Positions 27,836 to 38,101 of a stretch of DNA of 64,000 nt are shown piece by piece. The DNA is taken from the NCBI GenBank assembly GCA_963668315.1, contig OY764216.1, forward strand, positions 5,216,001 to 5,280,000, written 5' to 3'. A program made the translations under genes and the position numbers. This DNA is from Spirochaetia bacterium. Lineage in GTDB: Bacteria; Spirochaetota; Spirochaetia; DSM-2461. Under the pieces are notes generated by a model that worked only from the letters and a program-made list of their open reading frames with translations, did not search any database and was not told the origin of the DNA. Position 1 is the first letter of the stretch. Each line of letters starts with the position of its first letter.

Positions 27836-30754
27836 ATGGGAGATAAATCTGCCAGAAAACCGGGAAAATCCGGTATTATCGCGATTTCCATCATTCTGGG
27901 ATTCGTCATTATCATCAATATTGCCTTTAAGATATTTTCAGGTTATGCCGACTTGTACCTCGGCACGGGAAAAGCCGTTATAGAAGCGGCCGAAGGAACG
28001 GAGAACTGGGACAGCCAGTACTATGTCGGCGATTACGCCGACGAAGCGGCCTTGAAGGAAGCCGCGGGAAATACGGTGGAAGAGATCGAATCGGAAGGAA
28101 TCGTCCTCATGAAGAACAACGGCGTCCTTCCCCTCACCGAAAAAAAAATCACCCTGATGGGCCGTGATGCGGTGGATGCCGTTTACGGCGGATCCGGTTC
28201 CGGTTCGGTAGATGTTTCCACGGTTATCGATATGGAGGCCGGCCTGGAAGAAGCGGGCTTTGAACTTAACCGGACTGTACTGGCCCTTTTCAACGATTAC
28301 GCCTCCTATACCATGGGCGTAAACAACTTCGGTCAGCCCGTAAAAAAATACGACAACCCCAAAGCGGATATCGTCATGGACAAGCCTGAGGAATCGAGCT
28401 ACAGGGTGGGCGAAATGCCCGTGAGTCTCTTCACCGGTGAAGCCGTGAGCAGCTTCGCCGACTATCATGACGCGGCGGTCATCATGTTCGGCCGGGGCGG
28501 CGGCGAAGGCGGCGACCTGGCCCAGGATATGGAGGGCTCCGACGACAACTATGTCCCCGGCCAGCACCAGCTTGAGCTGAACAAGGACGAGAAGGACCTC
28601 CTGGCCCTGGCCAAGGAGAACTTCGACAGAGTCGTGGTCGTCATCAACTCATCCGCCGCCATGGAACTGGGCGTTCTGGAAAACGACCCCCAGATCGATG
28701 CGGTCCTCTGGATCGGCTCCCCCGGACAGACCGGTTTCCGCGCCGTGGGAAAAGTCCTGAACGGCACGGTCAATCCCTCGGGAAGAACCGTCGATATCTA
28801 CGCCGCGGACTTTACCAAGGATCCCACATTCGTCAACTTCGGCAACTACCAGTACTCCAACATCAGCGAGGACAACTCCTACGGAGACGGATTCTTCGTT
28901 CACTACGAAGAGGGCATCTACATCGGCTACCGCTACTACGAAACGGCAGCCGCCGAAGGTTTCATCGATTATGACGAGGCGGTGGTGTACCCCTTCGGAC
29001 ATGGTCTGAGCTACACCGATTTCTCCTGGGAAATCGTCGGAACCGAACTGGGCGACGTGGACGGGGAGATATCCGTTGACGTAAAAGTAACCAATACGGG
29101 CAGCACCTACGCCGGGAAAGACGTGGTCCAGCTCTACTACTCCGCCCCCTACTACGAAGGCGGCATAGAGAAAGCCGAAGTGGTACTGGGCGATTTCGCC
29201 AAGACCTCCCTTCTGGCTCCGGGCGCCTCGGAAAGGGTAACCCTTTCCCTTCCCGTGGAAGCAATGGCCTCCTACGATTACAAAAACGAAAAAGCCTACG
29301 TCCTCGACGCGGGAACCTACGCCATACGCATCCAGACAGACTCGCACAACATGAAGGAAGGCCTGGAGGAGATCTCCTACGATGTGGACAAAACCGTCGT
29401 CTACAGCGGCAGCGGCCACAGGGGGTCGGACAGAACGGAAGTGACCAATCAGTTCGACGACGTCTCTTCCCTTTTTACCGACGAAGCCCGCGATGGCTAT
29501 ATTACCAATATGTCCCGGAGCGATTTCGCCGGAACCTTCCCCACGGCTCCCACCACGGCGGACATGCTGGCCAATGACGCCATTCTGGCCGATTTCGCGA
29601 AATACGTCGCCGCCGATCATCTCGATCCCGAAGCGGAAATGCCCGTGACCGGCGCCGAGAACGGCCTCTCCCTCATCGACATGAGAGGTCGGGATTTCAA
29701 CGACCCCCTCTGGGAGAGTTTCCTCGATCAGCTGACGCCCGATGAGATCGTAGCGATAGTCATCAACAGCGCTTACAATACGGGAGCCATGGACTCCGTC
29801 GACAAACCGGCCACGGTGGATCTGGACGGACCGGCGGGAATCAACTCCTTCATGGGAGCTTCCGTTCATGGAACGGCCTATCCCTCGGCAGTGGTTGTCT
29901 CCGCCTCTTTCAACCCCGAAATTGCCTATAAGATGGGCAAGATGGTGGGTAACGAAGGGCTATTCTACAACGTTAACGGCTGGTACGCACCGGCCATGAA
30001 CATCCACCGTTCTCCCTTCGCGGGCCGTAACTTCGAATACTACTCGGAAGATCCGGTCCTTTCCGGCAAGATCGCCGCGCCCTGTGTGGAAGGAGCGGCG
30101 GAAAAGGGCGTCTATGCCTTCATCAAGCACTTTGCCATGAACGACCAGGAGACCAACCGCGTCAATAACGGTGTTTCCACCTGGGCCAATGAACAGGCTA
30201 TCCGGGAGATCTACCTCAAGCCCTTTGAAATGACCGTCAAGAATGCCAGAAACACTCTCCGGTACATCTCCGATGAGAACGGAACGGTTTCCGAAAAGGA
30301 GTTTCCCGCCACCACGGCCATCATGAGCTCCTTCGACAGAATCGGCGGCACCTGGGCGGGAGGAAAGGGCGCGCTGATGCAGAACGTACTCCGCGACGAA
30401 TGGGGATTTACCGGTCTGGCTATCAGCGACTTCAATCTCTACTCCTATATGAACGCCGATCAGGGTATCGCCGCAGGAACGGACATCTACATCACCTTCT
30501 CGTCCATGAAGTCTCTGGATGATACGAAGAGCGCCACCGCCGTGAACACCTTCAGAAGAATCGGCCACCGCCTCTGCTATACCGTGGCCAACAGCAACGC
30601 CATGAACGGCATCGTACCGGGGGCCACGGTTACCTTTACCATGGCTCCCTGGCTGGTTGGACTGATCATCGCCGACATAGCCATTGGACTTCTTCTCGCT
30701 CTCTGGCTTACGCTGATAATCAAAAAACGCAAACAGGCTGACATCTCAGCCTGA
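27836..30754 (+). CDS. Membrane-anchored, domain-permuted GH3 glycoside hydrolase
   Basis: N- and C-terminal TM helices. The sandwich and FnIII domains precede the barrel (DGPAG, GRNFEYYSEDP, KHF, AISDF). Confidence 0.92.
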   Translation: MGDKSARKPGKSGIIAISIILGFVIIINIAFKIFSGYADLYLGTGKAVIEAAEGTENWDSQYYVGDYADEAALKEAAGNTVEEIESEGIVLMKNNGVLPLTEKKITLMGRDAVDAVYGGSGSGSVDVSTVIDMEAGLEEAGFELNRTVLALFNDYASYTMGVNNFGQPVKKYDNPKADIVMDKPEESSYRVGEMPVSLFTGEAVSSFADYHDAAVIMFGRGGGEGGDLAQDMEGSDDNYVPGQHQLELNKDEKDLLALAKENFDRVVVVINSSAAMELGVLENDPQIDAVLWIGSPGQTGFRAVGKVLNGTVNPSGRTVDIYAADFTKDPTFVNFGNYQYSNISEDNSYGDGFFVHYEEGIYIGYRYYETAAAEGFIDYDEAVVYPFGHGLSYTDFSWEIVGTELGDVDGEISVDVKVTNTGSTYAGKDVVQLYYSAPYYEGGIEKAEVVLGDFAKTSLLAPGASERVTLSLPVEAMASYDYKNEKAYVLDAGTYAIRIQTDSHNMKEGLEEISYDVDKTVVYSGSGHRGSDRTEVTNQFDDVSSLFTDEARDGYITNMSRSDFAGTFPTAPTTADMLANDAILADFAKYVAADHLDPEAEMPVTGAENGLSLIDMRGRDFNDPLWESFLDQLTPDEIVAIVINSAYNTGAMDSVDKPATVDLDGPAGINSFMGASVHGTAYPSAVVVSASFNPEIAYKMGKMVGNEGLFYNVNGWYAPAMNIHRSPFAGRNFEYYSEDPVLSGKIAAPCVEGAAEKGVYAFIKHFAMNDQETNRVNNGVSTWANEQAIREIYLKPFEMTVKNARNTLRYISDENGTVSEKEFPATTAIMSSFDRIGGTWAGGKGALMQNVLRDEWGFTGLAISDFNLYSYMNADQGIAAGTDIYITFSSMKSLDDTKSATAVNTFRRIGHRLCYTVANSNAMNGIVPGATVTFTMAPWLVGLIIADIAIGLLLALWLTLIIKKRKQADISA

Positions 30755-30760
30755 CAGAGA

Positions 30761-30789
30761 GGGACCGTCTTGCAAGGCGGTCCCTTTTT
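30761..30789. terminator. Terminator between the convergent GH3 and GH95 genes
   Basis: GGGACCGTCTTGCAAGGCGGTCCC followed by TTTTT. Confidence 0.75.
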
Positions 30790-33020
30790 CATTGGAAAAA
30801 ACCGGAATCCAGCCTTACCCTGCCTTTAAGAATCACCCTTTCACTCCTCTCTCCCCAGCAGAGAAGCACGACCGTCTCTTCCGCCGATTCCAGGAGTACT
30901 TCCGTGGGAGCACCCCCGTCCCATTCGATAGATACGGAAATCCCCCCCCGGGCCCTCAATCCCCCGATCCGCCCCTTTTTCCAGGCAGCGGGAAGAGCCG
31001 GCAGGAGGCGGATGCGTCCCCCGTGGCTCTGAAGCAGCATCTCCGCCAGAGCGGCGGTCAGCCCCGTATTGCCGTCCATTTCGTACACATTGTCAAAGGC
31101 CGCCGCCCCCCTCGTGGGAGGATGGATGATCATGCCGTTCGGCTCCATAAGATGCTCCGTCATGGCGGTGATATGCTCAAGGGCTTCGTCTCCCCTTTCC
31201 AGCCGGGCGTTGTAGAGGATAAGCAGGGAGCGGGCCCATCCCGTATCCTCCCATCCTTCGGGGGGGCTCATTTTCCCTTCGAGTGACTTCGCCGCCGCAT
31301 CGGCAAGCCCGGGGGTCTCGCGGGGGTTGATCTGAGAGAAAGGGTAAAGGCCCAGAAGATGGCTGGTGTGGCGGTGCTGCTTGTCGGCGGCGGGATAATC
31401 GTGGCTCCACTCGGCCAGTGTCCCGTCAGGGCCTATGCGGTAGGGAAGGAGTTTCTCCTCCATAAGGCGCACCTTCTCTTCCTTCTCCCTGTCCCGCCCC
31501 TCCGGTCCGATCATTTCCGAGGCTTCCAGATAAATTCGGAACAATTCCCTTATCATGAGAATCTCAAAGGTGGAGCCGTGGCTCATATAGGTCTTTATCC
31601 CGTCGACGAGAAAGCTGTTCTCCGGGGATATCGCCGGGCCTCCCACGTAATATCCCTCGCCGTCAAGAAAAAGGTAGTCCATGAAAAAGTCCACCGATTC
31701 CAGGATCAGGGGATAGGCCTTCTCCCGCAGAAAATCCCTGTCATGGGTGAAAAGGAAGTGTTCGTATAAATGGGTGAGAATCCAGATGCCGCAGGCCGGA
31801 CAGGGGGCGATGGGAGAGCCCCAGTAGGGCGCGGCGAATCCCCAGGAATTGGAGACAATCTCGGCGGTCCAGCCGGAAAGGCCGTAACTTTCCCGGGCGG
31901 CGATTCTGCCCTGAGGGACGACGATATTTTCAAGCCAGGAGAAAAGGGGCTCGTTCACTTCGGATAGGCCTGTAACCTCGGAGGGCCAGTAATTCATCTG
32001 GGTGTTGATATCCAGGTGCATATCGCAGGTCCAGCCGATGCGGCAGGCCACGTTGTCATTCCAGATCCCCTGAAGATGGGCGGGCAGGACCGATTCCCTC
32101 CGGCTGCTGGAATAGAGCAGATAGCGCCCGTAGTGATAAAGGAGGGGAAGGGTCTCATCCTTTTCCAGTTCCAGAACGGAACGGTTGAAGAGCTCCTCCA
32201 TCTCCCCTATATGGGCCTTCTCTTCCCGGGCCAGACGCTCCGCATCAAGACCGTCCAGCCGGCCCATCAGTTCCTCACGGACACGATCCGCCGGAATCTC
32301 TTCTCTCATGAAATCGGTCTGGCAGGCTAAAAGGAGAATCGTCCGGCCGCTGCCCGTTACCCGGCCCTCCCGGGGATCCCATATCCCGTCCGTCAGAACC
32401 TGCACCCGCCCGAAGAGAGAGACCCCCGTCCGGCCGTCGCTGTGAAGTCCCTCCACCGCCTTCGTTTCCAGGAAGAATCCCTCCCCGTCCGCCTGGAAGG
32501 AACTCTCTTTGCTGTAGGGAACAAAACTCACGGTAAAATCCAGGGGCGAGGAGGATGTAATGTCATGGACCAGACAGTTCAGGGCCGAAGATATCCATGT
32601 TTTCCTCTCCACCCGTCCGCCTTCCCTTTCATAGGAGCTTAGCGCCACACCCGACCCGATATCGAGACGGCGGACAAATTTCCCGAAGGGCTCCGCTCCC
32701 TCACAGCAGATATCCAGATCCCCCACGGGAAGATTCGTGCCGTAGTTTTCCCTTATCCCGATGAAACGGGAGGATTCACCGGCGGCTTCTTCATAGAGCC
32801 CCGCCCGTATATACTCCCTCATTCTTCGGAAGGCGGCGGGGGCGGATTTTTGATTGTTCTCATCGCAGGGCCCGCCGGAAAAGAACGTATTCTCCGAAAT
32901 CAGCAGCCTCTCCCTTTCCGCCCCTCCGAAAACCATGCAACCCAGCCGGCCGTTTCCCAGGGGATAGGCTTCTCCGAAACGGGACGCCGGCGAAGGGGAA
33001 GAGAGAATTCTGCCGTTCAA
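30789..33020 (-). CDS. GH95 alpha-L-fucosidase / alpha-L-galactosidase family protein
   Basis: PLGNGRLG, YGRYLLYSSSR, LQGIWN, INTQMNYWP, HRHTSHL, MDGNTG, LLPALP. Confidence 0.93.
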   Translation of the reverse strand: MNGRILSSPSPASRFGEAYPLGNGRLGCMVFGGAERERLLISENTFFSGGPCDENNQKSAPAAFRRMREYIRAGLYEEAAGESSRFIGIRENYGTNLPVGDLDICCEGAEPFGKFVRRLDIGSGVALSSYEREGGRVERKTWISSALNCLVHDITSSSPLDFTVSFVPYSKESSFQADGEGFFLETKAVEGLHSDGRTGVSLFGRVQVLTDGIWDPREGRVTGSGRTILLLACQTDFMREEIPADRVREELMGRLDGLDAERLAREEKAHIGEMEELFNRSVLELEKDETLPLLYHYGRYLLYSSSRRESVLPAHLQGIWNDNVACRIGWTCDMHLDINTQMNYWPSEVTGLSEVNEPLFSWLENIVVPQGRIAARESYGLSGWTAEIVSNSWGFAAPYWGSPIAPCPACGIWILTHLYEHFLFTHDRDFLREKAYPLILESVDFFMDYLFLDGEGYYVGGPAISPENSFLVDGIKTYMSHGSTFEILMIRELFRIYLEASEMIGPEGRDREKEEKVRLMEEKLLPYRIGPDGTLAEWSHDYPAADKQHRHTSHLLGLYPFSQINPRETPGLADAAAKSLEGKMSPPEGWEDTGWARSLLILYNARLERGDEALEHITAMTEHLMEPNGMIIHPPTRGAAAFDNVYEMDGNTGLTAALAEMLLQSHGGRIRLLPALPAAWKKGRIGGLRARGGISVSIEWDGGAPTEVLLESAEETVVLLCWGERSERVILKGRVRLDSGFFQ

Positions 33021-33023
33021 ATA

Positions 33024-33857
33024 TTACCCCTTGACGGAACCGGAAGTGATCCCGGAAAGAATGTAGCGCTGCCCGAGCAGATAGACCACGATAACGGGAA
33101 GGCAGGTCAGTACGATGTCGGCGAAAACAAGATTCCAATAGGAGGAGTTCTTTCCGAAGAAGTTATACACCGCCAGGTTCATAGGCCACATGGAACTCTT
33201 GCTTGTGAGATAGAGGGGCGTGATGAAATCACTCCAGACCCCCATGAACTGAAGGATGAAAGCGGTAATAAGGATCGGCTGGAGCAGGGGCACGATGATG
33301 ACGAAGAAAAGCTGCAGAGGACCGGCGCCGTCTATTATGGCCGCCTCATCCACATCAACCGGAATGGTAACGATAAAGTTCCTTATGACAAAGACGCAGA
33401 AGGGCAGCATGGAACTGAGAAAGGCGATGATCAGGCCCCAGCGCGAATCGGATAAATTCAATGTCTGAAGGACCTTGGACAGGGTGACGAAATTGATGGG
33501 AAGGAAGAGCCCGCAGATGATGAAGTAGTACAGGGAGACCATTCTTCGGGAACTGTTCCGGCATATGACGAATCCCGCCATGGCCGAAGTCAGAACGGCC
33601 AGAAAAGAGGAGAGCCCGGCGTAGATGAGGCTGTTGAGAAAGCCCCTCACCAGTTTCCCCTTCTCCACGACCTGGGAGTAATTCTCGAAATGCCATTCCG
33701 CGGGAAGGGACATGGACATCCGGGCCGCCTCCCCCTTTGACTTGAAGGAGTTCACCACGACCATATAGAAGGGGGCGATGACGATGAAGCAGAGAAACAG
33801 GACGAGTATCTGCTTCACCACATTCTGCCAGGTCAGTTTTTTCCGGGAAACCATCAC
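33024..33857 (-). CDS. Carbohydrate ABC permease
   Basis: EAA motif DEAAIIDGAG; multiple TM segments. Confidence 0.93.
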   Translation of the reverse strand: MMVSRKKLTWQNVVKQILVLFLCFIVIAPFYMVVVNSFKSKGEAARMSMSLPAEWHFENYSQVVEKGKLVRGFLNSLIYAGLSSFLAVLTSAMAGFVICRNSSRRMVSLYYFIICGLFLPINFVTLSKVLQTLNLSDSRWGLIIAFLSSMLPFCVFVIRNFIVTIPVDVDEAAIIDGAGPLQLFFVIIVPLLQPILITAFILQFMGVWSDFITPLYLTSKSSMWPMNLAVYNFFGKNSSYWNLVFADIVLTCLPVIVVYLLGQRYILSGITSGSVKG

Positions 33858-34732
33858 AGCTGCACCTCCCTGCTATTCATGATTCTCACAACAAATATGC
33901 CCGCCGCCGCGGCTACGACGAACAGGACCGTATTCATGGCAACGGACATGCCGTACTGCCCGCTCGCGTAAAGCTGATAGGCATAGGTGGTCACCACCTC
34001 CGTGGCATGGCCCGGCCCGCCGTTGGTCAGCACATAGACGATATCGAAAACCTTCAGACCGTAGGTGAGCCCGAAGACGAGATTTATGGTAATCGATCCC
34101 GACAGCATGGGGAGCGTTATATGCCAGAGTTTATGAAAGAAATGGGCCCCGTCTATGTCGGCGGCCTCATAATAGGACTGGGGAATGGCGTTGAGTCCGG
34201 CCAGAAAAATCGTCATGACATAACCGATTCCCCGCCAGGCGTCCACCAGATAGATCGACTTCCAGACCATATTCAGGTCGGAGAGCCACTTCTGCTTGAA
34301 AAAACCCAGGGCCAGGGCATCCAGGGACATATTGAGAAGTCCCGTCTGGGAATTCAGTATGGATTTGAAGATCAGACCGATTATCAGAAAGGGAAGAATG
34401 GCCGGCATATACAGAACGGTCCGGTAGACATTCTTTCCCCGGACTCCCTGATGGAGCAGAATCGCCAGAAAGAGCCCCGGTATCAGCTTGACGATATTGG
34501 ATACCACCGTGAATTTCAGAGTATTGATGATACCCTGGCCGTAATGCTTATTCGACGTGAATATCTCCACATAGTTCCTGAAGCCGATGAATTCCAGCTC
34601 CCCCCTGCTTCTCACATTCCAGTCGGTAAAGGAGTAGATCAGCCCCAGGATACTGGGAAAGAGGAAAAAAACGACATAAAAGAAGAGAGGAATCAAGACA
34701 AACCACAAGGGATACGTTTTGCTTTTGTTCAT
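33854..34732 (-). CDS. Carbohydrate ABC permease
   Basis: YSFTDWN, YYEAADIDGA, LTNGGPG. Confidence 0.93.
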   Translation of the reverse strand: MNKSKTYPLWFVLIPLFFYVVFFLFPSILGLIYSFTDWNVRSRGELEFIGFRNYVEIFTSNKHYGQGIINTLKFTVVSNIVKLIPGLFLAILLHQGVRGKNVYRTVLYMPAILPFLIIGLIFKSILNSQTGLLNMSLDALALGFFKQKWLSDLNMVWKSIYLVDAWRGIGYVMTIFLAGLNAIPQSYYEAADIDGAHFFHKLWHITLPMLSGSITINLVFGLTYGLKVFDIVYVLTNGGPGHATEVVTTYAYQLYASGQYGMSVAMNTVLFVVAAAAGIFVVRIMNSREVQL

Positions 34733-34788
34733 TATTCAACCTTGTTTGCACAGTATACCCCCCCGGGGAACGGGGGGAAATTCCCGAA

Positions 34789-36132
34789 TTATTTCCAGTT
34801 CGGATCTTCGGCGATTTCAGCAGCCTTGGCTCTGTTGTCGTCCATGTTGGAAAGAACGGTATTCGCGTCTATGGACCCCAGGCAGTAGGCGATCATGTCG
34901 GCACCGAAATCCATCCAGTAATCGTTGGTGTACTTCGTTCCCGTCTGGAGAACGGGATTGATCATATTCTCCACGGGGATGGAATCGACGAAAACCTGCT
35001 CTTCCGGGAGCCAGTGCTGGACCACATCGGGATCATTAACGTGGATATTCGTATAAGCCGGAGAGTTATCCAGAATCTCCTGGAGGCTTTCGGTTTCGCA
35101 GACAAAGTCAAAGAAGGTTCTCACCAGATCTTCGTGTTCCGTCTCCTTGTAGCCGAACATGGTGGGACCGGCCGGGTTGGTGGGATAATACTTGTTATCC
35201 GCCAGGGGAATAAGGAAAAGACCGTATTCATCGGTGGAATCGGTTTCATTCTTGATCTGCTGGATATAGCTGGAATTGGCCATGGCCATGCCGATGGAGC
35301 GGTCGGCGAACATATTCACCATGTTGGTGCTGTTGGCGCCGATCCAGTCCTCTCCCAGATAGCCCCTGTCGGAAAGCTCTTTGAACTGGTTCAGAACCTT
35401 GAGCATGGTGGGATTACCGGCGAAAGTGGCTTTGTTCTCATTCAGAGCGGCGTACAGTCCGGGCTTATTTGCCTCGTATACGGGACCGATCTGAAAAAAG
35501 CTGAGCTGGTGCTGCCATCCGTCGGCGCCGGGTACGAACCAGGGGGTAACGCCGGCCTTGTCCAGAACGGAGCAGACAGCGAGAAGCTCGCTGTAGGTGG
35601 CGGGGACATCCTTGATTCCCAGCTCAGTAAACAGGCTCTTGTTGTACACCATGACAAACTCGGGGGAGTTGTGCCACAGCTGGAGTCCGTAGAGGGAATC
35701 GCCCACACTGCAGGACACCAGGCGCGATTCGGGAACGATTTTCTGCCAGTCCGCACCGGTGAAATCGAGGCAGTAGTTGTCATAGTCGACGATGACCGAT
35801 TCGATGGCGAAGGGGTTGGACTGAATCCAGAAGATATCGGCGCATTCTCCTGTGAGCAGGCGGACCTGGAGAACATCTCCATACTGCCCGGCGGGGACGG
35901 TCTGAAGATCAACCGTCACGTCATAGGTATCTTCGAACCGGGCGATGGTCTCGTCGTAGCGGTTGTCCATCCATCCGGCGGAAACAAGAATACTCAGCTC
36001 CTCCCCGGCGAAACCGCTGGCCGAAACCTCTGCTTCCGCCTTGCCGTTGGCGGCCAGAGTTCCGACTCCGGTAAAGAACAGGAGAGAGAGCATTCCAGCC
36101 AGAAAAACGCCGTAAAACGTCCTTTTTTTCAT
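34789..36132 (-). CDS. Carbohydrate ABC solute-binding protein (family 1)
   Basis: Signal peptide ending LAANGKAE; VYNKSLFTELG; PATYSEL. Confidence 0.9.
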   Translation of the reverse strand: MKKRTFYGVFLAGMLSLLFFTGVGTLAANGKAEAEVSASGFAGEELSILVSAGWMDNRYDETIARFEDTYDVTVDLQTVPAGQYGDVLQVRLLTGECADIFWIQSNPFAIESVIVDYDNYCLDFTGADWQKIVPESRLVSCSVGDSLYGLQLWHNSPEFVMVYNKSLFTELGIKDVPATYSELLAVCSVLDKAGVTPWFVPGADGWQHQLSFFQIGPVYEANKPGLYAALNENKATFAGNPTMLKVLNQFKELSDRGYLGEDWIGANSTNMVNMFADRSIGMAMANSSYIQQIKNETDSTDEYGLFLIPLADNKYYPTNPAGPTMFGYKETEHEDLVRTFFDFVCETESLQEILDNSPAYTNIHVNDPDVVQHWLPEEQVFVDSIPVENMINPVLQTGTKYTNDYWMDFGADMIAYCLGSIDANTVLSNMDDNRAKAAEIAEDPNWK

Positions 36133-36268
36133 ATAAACCTCCAGGAAAATGAAAAAATAATAATATTGTTTGATTCATTATATACCCTATATACCAGCTG
36201 TCTATGCACATAAAAAGACGGATTTTGCACTTTCCGGATATCGGGAAGAGACCTTTTTAAAGCTTTGT

Positions 36269-36298
36269 TTGACAGAAAAAGAAGCTTACTTATATAAT
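36269..36298 (+). promoter_or_regulatory. Consensus sigma70 promoter of the two-component operon
   Basis: TTGACA (36269)-N18-TATAAT (36293). Confidence 0.75.
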
Positions 36299-36316
36299 CA
36301 TTCAATAATAAATACA

Positions 36317-38101
36317 ATGAAACTAAACGTATCGGTCAAATTTTTCCTCATGTTTTTTCTCTTTGCCGCCGTCACCATAGGCGGATACTCGTTCTATCTG
36401 TCCCACTATTTCTCCCGTGTCCTCATAGAGAGGGAATTCACCTCTTTCAAGGCCCTGAGCACCAGCTTTCTCTCCCAGACGGAAAGCTCCCTGCATGTCA
36501 TGGACGATATCTCCATCAATATCTTCTATTCCAATCTGATCCAGGACAGCTTTGACCGCTATGTGGGGGAATATCCCGAAAACAGGGACAGCTATGAAAG
36601 GCTCCTTGACCTTTTCATCGCCCTCAACGGGGCTAACCTGACCCTCCCCTTCATCGCCGTCTACAGCAATGAGGGAGATAAAATAGGCATGGGCAACTAC
36701 ACGACCAGGGAGAAAGTCGATCTTACCGCCCTCCCCTGGGTGAATAAAGCCAGGGAAGCCAATTACCACAAATACCTGAGCCGGCCCTACGAATCCAATA
36801 TGATGCAGAGCAGCCAGCGGGTCTCCCCCTATTACATCTCCCTGTACCGGGAATTCTGCGACGAAGGAGGCAGGGCGAAAGGCTTTATCGAGACGGCCCA
36901 GTATGCGGATAAAGTATTCGAGGGCATCACCGCCTATAGAAAAAGAACCCCGGGAGAACTCAAGGTCTACGTATTCAACGAAGAGGGGGATCAGCTCTAC
37001 CCCTACGGAACCGGGCCGATCGACAGGATGACCGGGATCTACTATCTGGATCTGGGATGCCGGGCGGCATCCCCCGAAGCGTACAGGAACCCCTACACGG
37101 GGGAGCGGGAGCTTCTCCACGGGCAGAAATCCTCCTACACGGGGTGGACCTACGTCTGCGTGCAGGATCTGGACAGCGTTCTTCTTTCGGTGAGAGACGT
37201 ATCCCGCCCTCTCTTTTTCGTGACCATGATCGTGATGACGATTATCATTTTCATCTCCTGGTACCTCTCGAGCAGCATAACCCGGCCCATCAGAGAGCTT
37301 CTGGGGAGAATCCACGCCACCAGCATAGACACCCTTTCCAGCGAGAAGAACCGGCTCAACTCCTCCTATAACGAATTCGACGAACTCAACGACGCCTTCT
37401 ACTCCATGAACGAAAAGATCAAGCGGTCCATGGATGAATTGCTCCACTCCCGCCAGCGGGAATCGGAATCGCGCTACCTGGCCCTTCAATCCCAGATCAA
37501 TCCCCACTTCTACTACAACTCCCTGTCCAGCATCATCGCCCTGACCGAAGCGGGAAGGCAGGAGGATGTGGTCCGGTTCTGCACGAACCTGAGCCGCATC
37601 ATGCGTTACGTGGCCGCCCCTGAACCTAAAACGGTGCCGCTCCGGGATGAGATCGAGTACGCCGAGAAATACCTTTTCTGCATGAAAGTCCGCTACCAGT
37701 CCAGCCTGACCTACCGTATCGGGATGGATGAGGAACTGCTCGACGAGCCGATACCCAAGCTGATCATACAGCCCCTCATAGAAAACGCCCTGAAGCACGG
37801 CACGGACTGCCCCCCTCCCTGGCACATAGAGATAGGCGGCGAGAAATCTCCCGAAGGATGGATCATCCGTGTCAGCGACAACGGGCGGGGATTCCCCCGG
37901 GAGATTCTGGAAAGGATCAACCGTCCCGGCGGGGGATCAGGGGAGGGGGCAGACGGGGAAGGCGGCCTCGGCCTGCCCAACGTCTGCGCCCGCTGGAGAA
38001 TCTTCGCCGGAGACCGTTACTATTTCCGGGCTGAGAACCGGGAACCGGGCTGTTCCGTGACTCTGGGGATGACGGGAAAGGAAAAAGCTGATGGAAAATA
38101 A
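36317..38101 (+). CDS. YesM-like sensor histidine kinase
   Basis: Two TMs, HAMP, ALQSQINPHFYYNSL, QPLIENALKHG, DNGRG; start reassigned to ATG 36317. Confidence 0.93.
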   Translation: MKLNVSVKFFLMFFLFAAVTIGGYSFYLSHYFSRVLIEREFTSFKALSTSFLSQTESSLHVMDDISINIFYSNLIQDSFDRYVGEYPENRDSYERLLDLFIALNGANLTLPFIAVYSNEGDKIGMGNYTTREKVDLTALPWVNKAREANYHKYLSRPYESNMMQSSQRVSPYYISLYREFCDEGGRAKGFIETAQYADKVFEGITAYRKRTPGELKVYVFNEEGDQLYPYGTGPIDRMTGIYYLDLGCRAASPEAYRNPYTGERELLHGQKSSYTGWTYVCVQDLDSVLLSVRDVSRPLFFVTMIVMTIIIFISWYLSSSITRPIRELLGRIHATSIDTLSSEKNRLNSSYNEFDELNDAFYSMNEKIKRSMDELLHSRQRESESRYLALQSQINPHFYYNSLSSIIALTEAGRQEDVVRFCTNLSRIMRYVAAPEPKTVPLRDEIEYAEKYLFCMKVRYQSSLTYRIGMDEELLDEPIPKLIIQPLIENALKHGTDCPPPWHIEIGGEKSPEGWIIRVSDNGRGFPREILERINRPGGGSGEGADGEGGLGLPNVCARWRIFAGDRYYFRAENREPGCSVTLGMTGKEKADGK

